DNA from: a virus
IMG/VR virus record: IMGVR_UViG_3300045988_139348
Location: 1-34,258 of that record
DNA: 34,258 bases
Direction: 5' to 3' (one strand)
The position numbers and the translations under genes were made by a program. Shown one piece after another: positions 1 through 7,565 of this stretch. How positions within the stretch are numbered: position 1 is the first letter of the stretch; the number at the start of each line of letters is the position of its first letter. The notes below the pieces were generated by a model. It saw nothing but the letters and a program-made list of their open reading frames with translations, was not told the DNA's origin and made no database searches.

Positions 1-55
1 TAAGTAAAAAGGTAAGTAAAAAGGTAAGTAAAAAGGTAAGTAAAAAGGTAAGTAA
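1..55 (+). repeat. 12-nt tandem repeat GTAAGTAAAAAG (about 4.5 copies here), coding (KKVS)n; same repeat as 34192-34258
   Basis: Direct reading: taagtaaaaag + 3x gtaagtaaaaag + gtaagtaa. The period of 12 keeps the ORF in frame. Confidence 0.95.
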
Positions 56-554
56 TAATATATATAATAATAAAAATAATATATATAAAACAGAAACAGA
101 AACAGAAACAAAAGAAAGTAATACTAACGTATTACTAAAGAAAGATGATTCTTTTTCTTCTTTAGAGCGTATTAATTATCAAAAAATAAAAGATGATTAC
201 AATACAATGTTTGCGGGGATATTGCCAACGGTGTCTACACTAACCGATAAACGGAAATCGGCGATCCGGGCGAGAATATTAGCACATGGCATTGAATCGG
301 TTCAAATAGTTTTCGATAATGTCCTAAAATCCCCCTTTCTTTTGGGGTATAAACATAATTGGAAATGTAATTTCGATTGGATTTTCAATCAAAATAATTT
401 TTTAAAAATATTAGAAGGTAATTATGTACAACAAGGGAATAGCAACACAACAGGGAATAGAGGTTATAGTACCTCGGACAAAGCAGCAAGCCGTAATGCT
501 CTTGAAAAAGAAGCCAGCCGAATACTTCAACAATTTGCAGCCGAAGACAGTTAA
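1..554 (+). CDS. Replication initiator / DnaD-like phage replication protein, 3' part; it continues the ORF that starts at 33904, so the gene spans the window junction
   Basis: The frame is stop-free from base 3 to the TAA at 552-554. Translation reads SKKVSKKVSKKVSKKVSNNIYNNKNNIYKTETETETKESN...LTDKRKSAIRARILAHGIESVQIVFDNVLKSPFLLGYKHNWKCNFDWIFNQNNFLKILEGNY, which resembles the conserved C-terminal domain of phage DnaD/replisome-organiser type proteins. The repeat and reading frame match those at the window end. Confidence 0.7.
   Translation, partial: SKKVSKKVSKKVSKKVSNNIYNNKNNIYKTETETETKESNTNVLLKKDDSFSSLERINYQKIKDDYNTMFAGILPTVSTLTDKRKSAIRARILAHGIESVQIVFDNVLKSPFLLGYKHNWKCNFDWIFNQNNFLKILEGNYVQQGNSNTTGNRGYSTSDKAASRNALEKEASRILQQFAAEDS
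53..110 (+). repeat. 38-nt pure A/T tract (53-90) followed by (ACAGAA)x3.5 (90-110), inside the initiator gene linker
   Basis: Positions 53-90 contain no G or C. Positions 90-110 read acagaaacagaaacagaaaca and code TETETET. Confidence 0.9.
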
Positions 555-1029
555 CAACGTATTCAGTTCATTTTCTCCGAGTATTTCCGAAATAGGTAAA
601 ATTTTCGGTGAAGCGATAGTTAATGCAAATATGGTGATTTGGTTTAACCAATTTGTTTCTTTTTTCTCGACAAACGGCACAATGAACGATTCGCAAATAG
701 CAATGACTATCTCACTAATTCGTGAAGAATATCCGCATTACAAGCCGGATGATTTAAAACTTTTTTTCAAAATGGCGATGAAGGGAATGTTTGAAAAAGT
801 ATATGGACGGATTGACGGGGAAGTAATAATGCGCTGGCTTCATGAATATGATAAAATTAGGGATAAAGCTGCACAGGATAATTCCATAAATGATTCAATT
901 AAATTTAAAGAGCGTTCTACTGAGGTTTTTAGTTTTGAGGGATCTGTAGGATTTGCAGAATACAAAAAAATAAAGGAACGTGCTGAGAAAGGAGATAAAG
1001 AAGCCATAAAGCTATTACAGAAACCATGA
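424..1029 (+). CDS. Hypothetical protein of the replication module; start uncertain (ATG at 424, 496 or 631)
   Basis: 201-codon ORF with protein-like composition. Its stop overlaps the start of the next gene (ATGA at 1026-1029). Its 5' end overlaps the initiator ORF, so an internal ATG is likely the true start. Confidence 0.6.
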   Translation: MYNKGIATQQGIEVIVPRTKQQAVMLLKKKPAEYFNNLQPKTVNNVFSSFSPSISEIGKIFGEAIVNANMVIWFNQFVSFFSTNGTMNDSQIAMTISLIREEYPHYKPDDLKLFFKMAMKGMFEKVYGRIDGEVIMRWLHEYDKIRDKAAQDNSINDSIKFKERSTEVFSFEGSVGFAEYKKIKERAEKGDKEAIKLLQKP

Positions 1030-1997
1030 ATACCCAAGAAAAATATGTTTATCACGGTTCTTTGTTCAGCGGCATAGGCGGGTTCGATCTTGCTGCCGAA
1101 TGGATAGGTTGGAAAAACGTATTTCATTGTGAGATAAATGAATTTTGCACTAAAATATTAAACTATCATTTTACTAATGCAGAACACTATGCAGACATCA
1201 AAAAGACAGATTTTACAAAATGGAGAGGTAAAATCGATGTTCTTAGCGGAGGATTCCCATGCCAACCTTTCAGCGTCGCAGGGAAGAGAAAAGGAACGGA
1301 TGATGACCGTTACCTCTGGCCGGAAATGTTGCGAGCAATACAAGAGATACGACCGACTTGGATTGTTGGTGAGAATGTTGCTGGGATCATATCGATGGTA
1401 CAGCCCGGTAAAGAGGTTGAAATGGGTTATCAATACTCTATATTCGGAGAAGATAACAGAAAAAGAGTATTGTTGCGCCAAGAATATATCATTGAAACAA
1501 TCTGTAAAGATATTGAACGAGAGGGTTATCGCGTCCAACCGATTGTTATTCCGGCTTGTGCCGTCGGGGCGACCCATCGAAGGGACAGGGTTTGGTTTGT
1601 CGCCAACCGTACAGATACAGGGGTTGAAAGTATGCAACAAGAAATGGAAGAAGATAAAAAGGGCGTCAGGTCAGATATATTCCGCAAAACTGAGGGATTT
1701 GTCGGTAAGCAACCTGTTACCCACACCGAAAGCACAGGATTGTCGGCATGCGTTAAGAGACAGAGGGAAAAGCAATCTTGGAGAAGAAATGAGCGAACTT
1801 GCATTCCTCCAAACTGGAGAGACTTCCCGACTCAATCCCCTGTTTGTGGAGGAGATGATGGGTTACCCTCCAAATTGGACGGCATTACCTTTCCTAAATG
1901 GAGAGAAGAAAGTTTAAAAGCATATGGGAATGCGGTTGTTCCACAAGTGGTATACGAGATATTCAAGGCTATTCAAGAAACATATTATAAACTGTAG
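1026..1997 (+). CDS. dcm: DNA (cytosine-5)-methyltransferase
   Basis: Motif I is LFSGIGGFDLA. Motif IV is GGFPCQPFSVAGKRKG. Motif VI is VGENVAG. Motif VIII is HRRDRVWFVA. Motif X is KAYGNAVVPQV. Confidence 0.9.
   Translation: MNTQEKYVYHGSLFSGIGGFDLAAEWIGWKNVFHCEINEFCTKILNYHFTNAEHYADIKKTDFTKWRGKIDVLSGGFPCQPFSVAGKRKGTDDDRYLWPEMLRAIQEIRPTWIVGENVAGIISMVQPGKEVEMGYQYSIFGEDNRKRVLLRQEYIIETICKDIEREGYRVQPIVIPACAVGATHRRDRVWFVANRTDTGVESMQQEMEEDKKGVRSDIFRKTEGFVGKQPVTHTESTGLSACVKRQREKQSWRRNERTCIPPNWRDFPTQSPVCGGDDGLPSKLDGITFPKWREESLKAYGNAVVPQVVYEIFKAIQETYYKL
1177..1917 (+). other. 246-codon +1-frame ORF embedded in the C5-MTase gene, with methyltransferase-like motifs; candidate overlapping (dual-coding) gene or frame-hopping segment
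   Basis: It has no stop for 740 nt. Composition is protein-like (W, C, P, G, charged residues), unlike the S/L/I/F-rich shadow ORFs elsewhere in the window. It contains LLPTPKAQD (1714-1740) and RLNPLFVEEMMGYPPNWT (1828-1881). Confidence 0.45.
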
Positions 1998-2044
1998 AAT
2001 ATTTTGTGAAACTTAAATAAGAAAATGATGAAAGGAGTTTAATA

Positions 2045-2713
2045 ATGGGAAAATCATTTAATAAGGAAAAACTTCTCAATTTATTTGTTGGTACAGATGA
2101 TCTGAAACTAGGATATAAAAAACCTTATACAAAAGACGGATATGTTTACGCTACCAATGGACGCATATTGTTAAGAATTAAGGATGAAATTCTTAGTAGG
2201 GAATATGAACCAATTAATGGAGCAAATATAACAATACCAAAAGAAAATTGTAATTATCTGATTACCTACAAAGATATTGAGAAAGCTCTTGCAAGCGTTC
2301 CGAAAGATGAGGAAGTTATCGAAATCGAAGAAGATACAGACTGTCCGGAGTGTTACGGAAGCGGTGTAGTCGATTGGGAATATACCGATAGAAACGGCGA
2401 ATTTTACGAATATGAATATGATTGCCCTATTTGTAATGGAACAGGGTATGTTGATAGAGCCCAGAAAAAGACTGGAAAGATGATACCTTGGAGGGATTCA
2501 TCTATAAAATTCAATAAAGAATGTATAAGGACATATGAAGTTCAAATCTTATTTGAAGCAATGGAAATAATTGGAACTCATGATATACATCTTGTTGCAC
2601 AAGACAATAAAATAAGCGTTTTTAAAATTGATGAAAATATACAGATTATCATATGTAATTATATACAAGTAGCTGATTACGTTATGCCCCAAATGGAAGG
2701 AGGTAAAAGATGA
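2045..2713 (+). CDS. Hypothetical protein with two DnaJ-type CxxCxGxG zinc-finger motifs
   Basis: CPECYGSG and CPICNGTG lie 27 residues apart. AGGAG lies 8 nt upstream of the ATG. Confidence 0.7.
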   Translation: MGKSFNKEKLLNLFVGTDDLKLGYKKPYTKDGYVYATNGRILLRIKDEILSREYEPINGANITIPKENCNYLITYKDIEKALASVPKDEEVIEIEEDTDCPECYGSGVVDWEYTDRNGEFYEYEYDCPICNGTGYVDRAQKKTGKMIPWRDSSIKFNKECIRTYEVQILFEAMEIIGTHDIHLVAQDNKISVFKIDENIQIIICNYIQVADYVMPQMEGGKR

Positions 2714-2979
2714 TAATAACTAAAATTCTTGAATGTAAATATAAGGTTTTACTTGCCGTAGATAAACCTTTTTCAAAATTCGGAGTATATCGCAAAAATA
2801 GAGAACATTTAGGTTTCCCAGTAGAAAGACGTTGTTTTAACTGCGATCATGAGTTCAACGATGACGAAGATATTTATCTTATCTATGTTGAAGATATTGA
2901 TAACCGTTTTCTTTGTGAAAAATGTAATAATATAGCTGTAAATGATTTGAATAAAGAAAAAGAAAATGACTTACAATGA
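2710..2979 (+). CDS. Hypothetical small protein, possible zinc ribbon (CFNC...CEKC)
   Basis: 89-codon ORF whose start overlaps the previous stop by 4 nt. GGAGG lies upstream. Two CxxC pairs are present. Confidence 0.6.
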   Translation: MIITKILECKYKVLLAVDKPFSKFGVYRKNREHLGFPVERRCFNCDHEFNDDEDIYLIYVEDIDNRFLCEKCNNIAVNDLNKEKENDLQ

Positions 2980-3128
2980 ATTGTTTTCATCTTTATGAGT
3001 TGTGATACATAATTTAAATTCTTAAAAATGAACAAAGAAGATTACGTTAGCTTAGAAACAGCTAAATTGTTAAAAAATAAAGGGTTTAAGTGCAAAGAAT
3101 ATTTGGGGTAATATTTAAAATAAATACA

Positions 3129-3299
3129 ATGGACACAAACATAACTTTAAATGAAATTGAAATAGCATTGGATAAAAATAACAATAATATTTGCGGTAAT
3201 TGCGATGCTTTTTGTGAATGTAGTTTGGGGAATAATGGTGCAAAACATGATGATCCAGCTTGTGAATATTTCGATGATACTGTATTGAGACAATTATAA
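3129..3299 (+). CDS. Hypothetical Cys-rich small protein (ORF track starts at 3090; ATG 3129 preferred)
   Basis: Translation MDTNITLNEIEIALDKNNNNICGNCDAFCECSLGNNGAKHDDPACEYFDD. The earlier ATG overlaps a 27-codon upstream ORF. Confidence 0.45.
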   Translation: MDTNITLNEIEIALDKNNNNICGNCDAFCECSLGNNGAKHDDPACEYFDDTVLRQL

Positions 3300-3311
3300 A
3301 CAATAAAAAAT

Positions 3312-3875
3312 ATGAAAGATATAAATTTTAATTTATTACGTGATAAGGCTTATGAAATAGCAAAAAATAGCGGCCTTTACGACGAAGAAGTTAGCGATAT
3401 ATCCTATTTGATACTTGTTATTAGAGAACTTATGGAAGCATTAAAAGCCTATAAAATAGGGAATTATACATATGAAAATACAACTTCATATAATATACTA
3501 TTAAATTTAAAAAAATTGAAAAATAGAGGAACTCCAACGTTTAGAAAATACTTTGAAATATATATAATAGATTCATTTGAAGATAAACTTGCAGATACAG
3601 TTATACGGCTTTTATCTTTTGCAGGGTATAGAAATTTTAATGTTGTTCCGGAATGTTTAAAAACAATAGATATCCGAAATAAATCGATACCAGAACATAT
3701 TTTTACAATGATATCAAAACTTTCATCCAATTTTTATTTGCCATATAGGATCGATTATTGCATTAAATATATATTTAATTTATGTGAATGTTTAGGTATA
3801 GATATTCTTTGGCACATTGATGTTAAAATGAGTTATAATAGATTACGAGAATACAAACATGGAAAAAATTTTTAG
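3312..3875 (+). CDS. MazG-like / all-alpha NTP pyrophosphohydrolase family protein (tentative)
   Basis: LILVIRELMEALKAYK and FEDKLADTVIRLLSFAG resemble the paired helices with E..E and E/D..D of MazG/dimeric-dUTPase-type phage proteins. Confidence 0.5.
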   Translation: MKDINFNLLRDKAYEIAKNSGLYDEEVSDISYLILVIRELMEALKAYKIGNYTYENTTSYNILLNLKKLKNRGTPTFRKYFEIYIIDSFEDKLADTVIRLLSFAGYRNFNVVPECLKTIDIRNKSIPEHIFTMISKLSSNFYLPYRIDYCIKYIFNLCECLGIDILWHIDVKMSYNRLREYKHGKNF

Positions 3876-3877
3876 AT

Positions 3878-4357
3878 ATGAATATTAGTTTTGAAAGATC
3901 AAAAAATACAACAATTGAATGGTACACGCCCAAATATATAATAGAGGCATTAGGGGATGGTTTCGACTTAGACCCGTGCGCTCCATGTAATAATTGGTAC
4001 ACTGCAAAAAAATCATATACAAAAGAAGATAACGGGTTGTTGAAAGAATGGTTTGGACGTGTATTTCTTAATCCCCCTTACACTAATCCTATATTAAAAG
4101 AATTTGTAACACGTCTTGCCGATCATGGTAACGGGATAGCTTTATTATATGCAAGAGTAGATAATAAGATGTTTCATGAGCAAATATTTAACAGAGCAAC
4201 ATCTATAAAGTTTTTATGTGGTAGAATCAAATTTATTCGTCAAGATGGGTCACTTGGTAATTCTCCGGGATCTGGTTCTGTATTGGTTGCATACGGAAAA
4301 GATTGTGATAACATATTGAAAAATTGTTCCTTAAAAGGAAAGTACATAAAATTATAA
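3878..4357 (+). CDS. dam: Phage-type DNA N6-adenine methyltransferase
   Basis: EWYTPKYIIEALGDGFDLDPCA is followed by the catalytic NPPY in VFLNPPYTN. This is typical of the small phage Dam family. Confidence 0.85.
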   Translation: MNISFERSKNTTIEWYTPKYIIEALGDGFDLDPCAPCNNWYTAKKSYTKEDNGLLKEWFGRVFLNPPYTNPILKEFVTRLADHGNGIALLYARVDNKMFHEQIFNRATSIKFLCGRIKFIRQDGSLGNSPGSGSVLVAYGKDCDNILKNCSLKGKYIKL

Positions 4358-4428
4358 TTACAAATAATATGACATGAAAGAACTTTATTTTATGACTGTT
4401 CTTGTAAAATTAAAAATGATACGATAAA

Positions 4429-4671
4429 ATGATAGTTTTTGTAACTGAAAAATGTGCTGTCAATATAGATCATGTAGAGAGCATTGAACATGACAAACAG
4501 GGTGGGAAATTGATATTCAATATGATTAACCACAATAAAATAGTGTTTGAGGGTTGTTCAAATAATGATTTATTTGATTTTGTTGACCGGATAAATAAGG
4601 AGATGAATGGAATCGGTAGAAGAAACAATAAAAGAAATACTGAAAGGGAAAATAGCGAAATTGGTTATTGA
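4429..4671 (+). CDS. Hypothetical protein
   Basis: 80-codon ORF in the early operon. Its last 65 nt overlap the next ORF. Confidence 0.45.
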   Translation: MIVFVTEKCAVNIDHVESIEHDKQGGKLIFNMINHNKIVFEGCSNNDLFDFVDRINKEMNGIGRRNNKRNTERENSEIGY

Positions 4672-4831
4672 GAATAAAGAATATTATATAGCTAAATGGA
4701 GACCTATATACAAGATATACCGCCCTAAATATGATGTACTGTTTGTAGAAATATCTGAAAAAGATGTTGATAAAATATCAAATATGATAGGGAAGATAGA
4801 AAATTTAAGAATAGAAATTTTAAATAACTAA
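4607..4831 (+). CDS. Hypothetical protein
   Basis: 74-codon ORF. AAGGAG lies 4 nt upstream of the ATG. It is in the +1 frame relative to 4429..4671. Confidence 0.5.
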   Translation: MESVEETIKEILKGKIAKLVIENKEYYIAKWRPIYKIYRPKYDVLFVEISEKDVDKISNMIGKIENLRIEILNN

Positions 4832-4852
4832 CAATTTTAATACATTTGCGAT

Positions 4853-5137
4853 ATGGGAACGAAAATTTTAAAATGCAATATTACTTTTGCAAATATCCCG
4901 GAAAGTAAATTGAAACATTTTACAAGGAGAGACGGGAGAGAAGATACAGGGTTAAATCTTTCTATCGTTAGAATGAGAAATAAAGATAAATTCGGTAATA
5001 CACATACAATCTATGTTTCACAAACAAAAGAAGAATGGGAAAGGAAAGAACCGAAAATATTTATAGGGAGTGGCAAAGTTTTAGATTTTAAAGAATACTG
5101 TGCACCAAATAATAATGATGATGATGATATACCATAA
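4853..5137 (+). CDS. Hypothetical protein with an acidic C-terminal tail (NNNDDDDIP)
   Basis: 94-codon ORF. The acidic tail is reminiscent of SSB-type tails, but no OB-fold motif was recognised. Confidence 0.5.
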   Translation: MGTKILKCNITFANIPESKLKHFTRRDGREDTGLNLSIVRMRNKDKFGNTHTIYVSQTKEEWERKEPKIFIGSGKVLDFKEYCAPNNNDDDDIP

Positions 5138-5148
5138 AATATACTATT

Positions 5149-5571
5149 ATGGAAATAAACAATTTAGATAAAATTTTATGTTCTGCAAAATGTTCATACG
5201 GGAATATCAAAGGTAGACATTGGTTAGTATATGGAGAGAAATTCATAACCTTACATAAAACTTTCGATAAAATAGCTGATGTATTAAATGAATTAGCAGA
5301 TAAATGCGCTGAAAGAATCGTACAATATAATGAAATACCCTCTCATACATTCGAACAATTCTTGGAAAATTCAATTATAGATCAAGACCCTATAATAAAA
5401 GATTGGGAATCAATGTGTTCAGATACATCAAAAGAATTAAAAAATATTTATGATTATATCAATAAATGTTTTGAATTAAACAGTTTTGACGAAACAACGA
5501 ATAATATGCTTGCTACTTATACGGAAAAAATGGAATTTTACCGTATGGAAATGGATAGGATGTTAAAATGA
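5149..5571 (+). CDS. dps: Dps-like ferritin-superfamily protein (DNA protection during starvation family)
   Basis: GRHWLVYGEKFITLHKTFDKIADVLNELADKCAERIVQYNEIP matches the Dps signature HW.v.G..F..lH......e..D..AER...lg..P, including putative ferroxidase His/Asp/Glu positions. Confidence 0.75.
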   Translation: MEINNLDKILCSAKCSYGNIKGRHWLVYGEKFITLHKTFDKIADVLNELADKCAERIVQYNEIPSHTFEQFLENSIIDQDPIIKDWESMCSDTSKELKNIYDYINKCFELNSFDETTNNMLATYTEKMEFYRMEMDRMLK

Positions 5572-5671
5572 TTTGGTTAGTAAATAAATAATTTTTATTT
5601 TTGCATAGGATATAAGCCTATATATACGTTAGTTTTGTTTCCTCAATATGCGGTTTGTGAAAATAGCATAT

Positions 5672-6076
5672 CTAAAAACATTCTTTATAACACATATTAT
5701 TCTGCAAAGCCTCTAAGAGTAGAGGCTTTTTTATTCCCCTATTATCTTCTATATCTATATGTATGATTTCAAATTGTATATATTCTTCACCTTTAGGAAC
5801 TATATGTTTTTCAATTATATAAGCATATATATATCTATCATTTATATCATATTTTTTTTGTAAACAATCTTGAAAAGGTTTTACAAAATTATCTATATCG
5901 CTTTGGACGTTTGAATATCCGACATAATAAATTATAAGCCAATTTTTAGGAGGAATGGTTATTTTAGGCAATAAAAGCATAATATTAGCCTCATATACTT
6001 TATATTTTGAACTTTTAAATCGCCTGCCTTGCCAAGCCTCATTTATCGATAGTGGTTTTATATTTATCTTATTCAT
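5672..6076 (-). CDS. rusA: RusA-family Holliday junction resolvase
   Basis: KPLSINEAWQGRRFKSSKYKVYE ... SDIDNFVKPFQDCLQKKYDINDRYI matches the RusA pattern (pLS.N..w; D.DN..K...D.l....DD..i). Confidence 0.8.
   Translation of the reverse strand: MNKINIKPLSINEAWQGRRFKSSKYKVYEANIMLLLPKITIPPKNWLIIYYVGYSNVQSDIDNFVKPFQDCLQKKYDINDRYIYAYIIEKHIVPKGEEYIQFEIIHIDIEDNRGIKKPLLLEALQNNMCYKECF
5706..5735 (+). terminator. Hairpin plus T-run, candidate terminator of the early arm; lies inside the 3' end of the convergent rusA ORF
   Basis: aaagcctct (5706-5714) / aagagt loop / agaggcttt (5721-5729), followed by tttattcc. Confidence 0.5.
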
Positions 6077-6090
6077 AATATTTTGTATAT

Positions 6091-6120
6091 AAAAATGCCC
6101 CGAATTTCACAATTGGGGAC
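6091..6120 (-). terminator. Candidate intrinsic terminator after the lysis cassette
   Basis: The minus strand reads gtccccaatt-gtga-aattcggggc followed by atttttat. The stem has one mismatch and one G-U pair. Confidence 0.45.
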
Positions 6121-6148
6121 ATCGTGCATTACTCGAAAAAAATGAAAC

Positions 6149-6655
6149 TTAAAATCGTATGAAATTGTATGAAATACCTATCCCTATAAACGGACTGAAA
6201 TTTTTACCATAAATATTATACCCACATCCGGCCTGAATACCAATACCAAAAAGTTTATCTCTCTCAAATTTCTCTACATATTCAGTCCGGACAATATTAC
6301 GATATACTGTTTTCGGATAAACTTCTATTCTATTCATCTTAACGTTATATCCTTCTGCATCAATGAAATATAAGCTATCCTTAAATGTATAATTGTATAT
6401 GGGTATATTTACAGGAATATATATCGTGTCCCTATGATTAACAGTGTCATGTATCATAGGGATATATATCGTGTCATAATGCGTAAATTCTTTCGTATTT
6501 TCAACTTTATCGGTGTATGTGGCACTATCTATCACGTAAGTAATTATCGTGTCATTTTGGGGCTTATTTTGGCTTTTAATTCGATTATTACTTACCGTAT
6601 ATCCAAAGATAAACCCTATACAGAAAAATGCAACTATTACCGGCAACGTTTTCAT
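6149..6655 (-). CDS. Membrane-anchored lysis-cassette protein (spanin-like / outer-membrane-disrupting candidate)
   Basis: It has an N-terminal hydrophobic anchor (LPVIVAFFCIGFIFGY). The C-terminus GIGISYNFIRF ends in an aromatic residue like OM beta-barrel signals. It lies immediately downstream of holin and endolysin with a 4-nt overlap. Confidence 0.5.
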   Translation of the reverse strand: MKTLPVIVAFFCIGFIFGYTVSNNRIKSQNKPQNDTIITYVIDSATYTDKVENTKEFTHYDTIYIPMIHDTVNHRDTIYIPVNIPIYNYTFKDSLYFIDAEGYNVKMNRIEVYPKTVYRNIVRTEYVEKFERDKLFGIGIQAGCGYNIYGKNFSPFIGIGISYNFIRF

Positions 6656-7086
6656 ACTTTAAACAAATAAACTTTCCCTTTGTTCATATCATACACATCT
6701 AAATGAAGCCATGATACATTATCTTCTAATCTGATAGGATAAGGTAATAGAACTTGATTCTTTATGATAAGATTCCTCGCTTCTTCCGCCGTCATCCCTT
6801 GCACAGTAGCATCGATAGCCTTCCCGAAATTATGTGCCGACATATATATTCTACCTATATCTGTTTTGCTTTTTACAAGCTGGCAAATATTGCACCGAAG
6901 TCCTCTTTGGGTATAACCTCCCCCTGAAGCCCAATTATTTATTACCATAGGCCGACATAATATCTTTTCCCGGACTATATCAAGAGTCTCTATCAGTCTA
7001 TGGTCTATAAACATCCATGCCTGATCCCCGAATTTATTATAAACATCCGGGCATACAAGCTCTTTTATATTGAAATATTCGCTCAT
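6652..7086 (-). CDS. Peptidase M15 family endolysin (zinc D-Ala-D-Ala carboxypeptidase / L-Ala-D-Glu peptidase-like)
   Basis: SAHNFGKAIDA and VSWLHLDV supply the H..G.A.D and H.D zinc ligand motifs. A strong AAAGGAGG lies upstream. Confidence 0.8.
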   Translation of the reverse strand: MSEYFNIKELVCPDVYNKFGDQAWMFIDHRLIETLDIVREKILCRPMVINNWASGGGYTQRGLRCNICQLVKSKTDIGRIYMSAHNFGKAIDATVQGMTAEEARNLIIKNQVLLPYPIRLEDNVSWLHLDVYDMNKGKVYLFKV

Positions 7087-7565
7087 TTATCCTCCTTTTT
7101 ATCTTTGATTTCGTTGAACCTTTTCAATATAGGATACTTACTGAGTATTTCAAAGCTCAATACATAATAAATGAAATTTATGGAGTTATTATTTGGCATT
7201 AAAATACTTAAATTGCGGAATATGTTTACAGCATAATAATATATTACAATGAACATTATTCCAGACGCACATTGTATAGCACCGTCCGGTTTATGAGTAA
7301 ATTTCCCCACAGCGTAAATGCTCGTTATAATGATGAAATATACCATAATGTCTATCAAACACCTCCTAAATTTAGAGAACTTGAACTTTTCGTTATTAAC
7401 CAATATGCTTGAAATCAAGCCTGCAAGGAAATCTAACAGGAATACGATTGTCAGAGCAAAAATATAATCTGTTATTGGAGCGAAAAAAGAGCATATCGCT
7501 GAAAACATTCCTACAAATAAAATTCTAATATCATTAAAACCGTTCATATATGTTAAATTTATCAT
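7083..7565 (-). CDS. Holin-like multi-pass membrane protein
   Basis: About four hydrophobic helices and a charged C-terminal tail (KDKKEDK). It lies directly upstream of the endolysin. Confidence 0.6.
   Translation of the reverse strand: MINLTYMNGFNDIRILFVGMFSAICSFFAPITDYIFALTIVFLLDFLAGLISSILVNNEKFKFSKFRRCLIDIMVYFIIITSIYAVGKFTHKPDGAIQCASGIMFIVIYYYAVNIFRNLSILMPNNNSINFIYYVLSFEILSKYPILKRFNEIKDKKEDK

Noticed and set aside
1158-1804. Two minus-strand ORFs (1158-1640, 160 aa; 1526-1804, 92 aa) antisense to the C5-MTase
   Set aside because: Their translations are low-complexity and shadow-like. They most likely reflect the stop-poor, about 50 % G+C composition (and possibly dual-frame constraint) of this segment. 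They also serve as a caution for the +1-frame finding.
3028-3111. 27-codon ORF MNKEDYVSLETAKLLKNKGFKCKEYLG in the 2980-3128 gap
   Set aside because: The N-terminus resembles the start of longer phage proteins I vaguely recall, suggesting a truncated remnant. It is too short and my recollection too weak to call it a gene or pseudogene.
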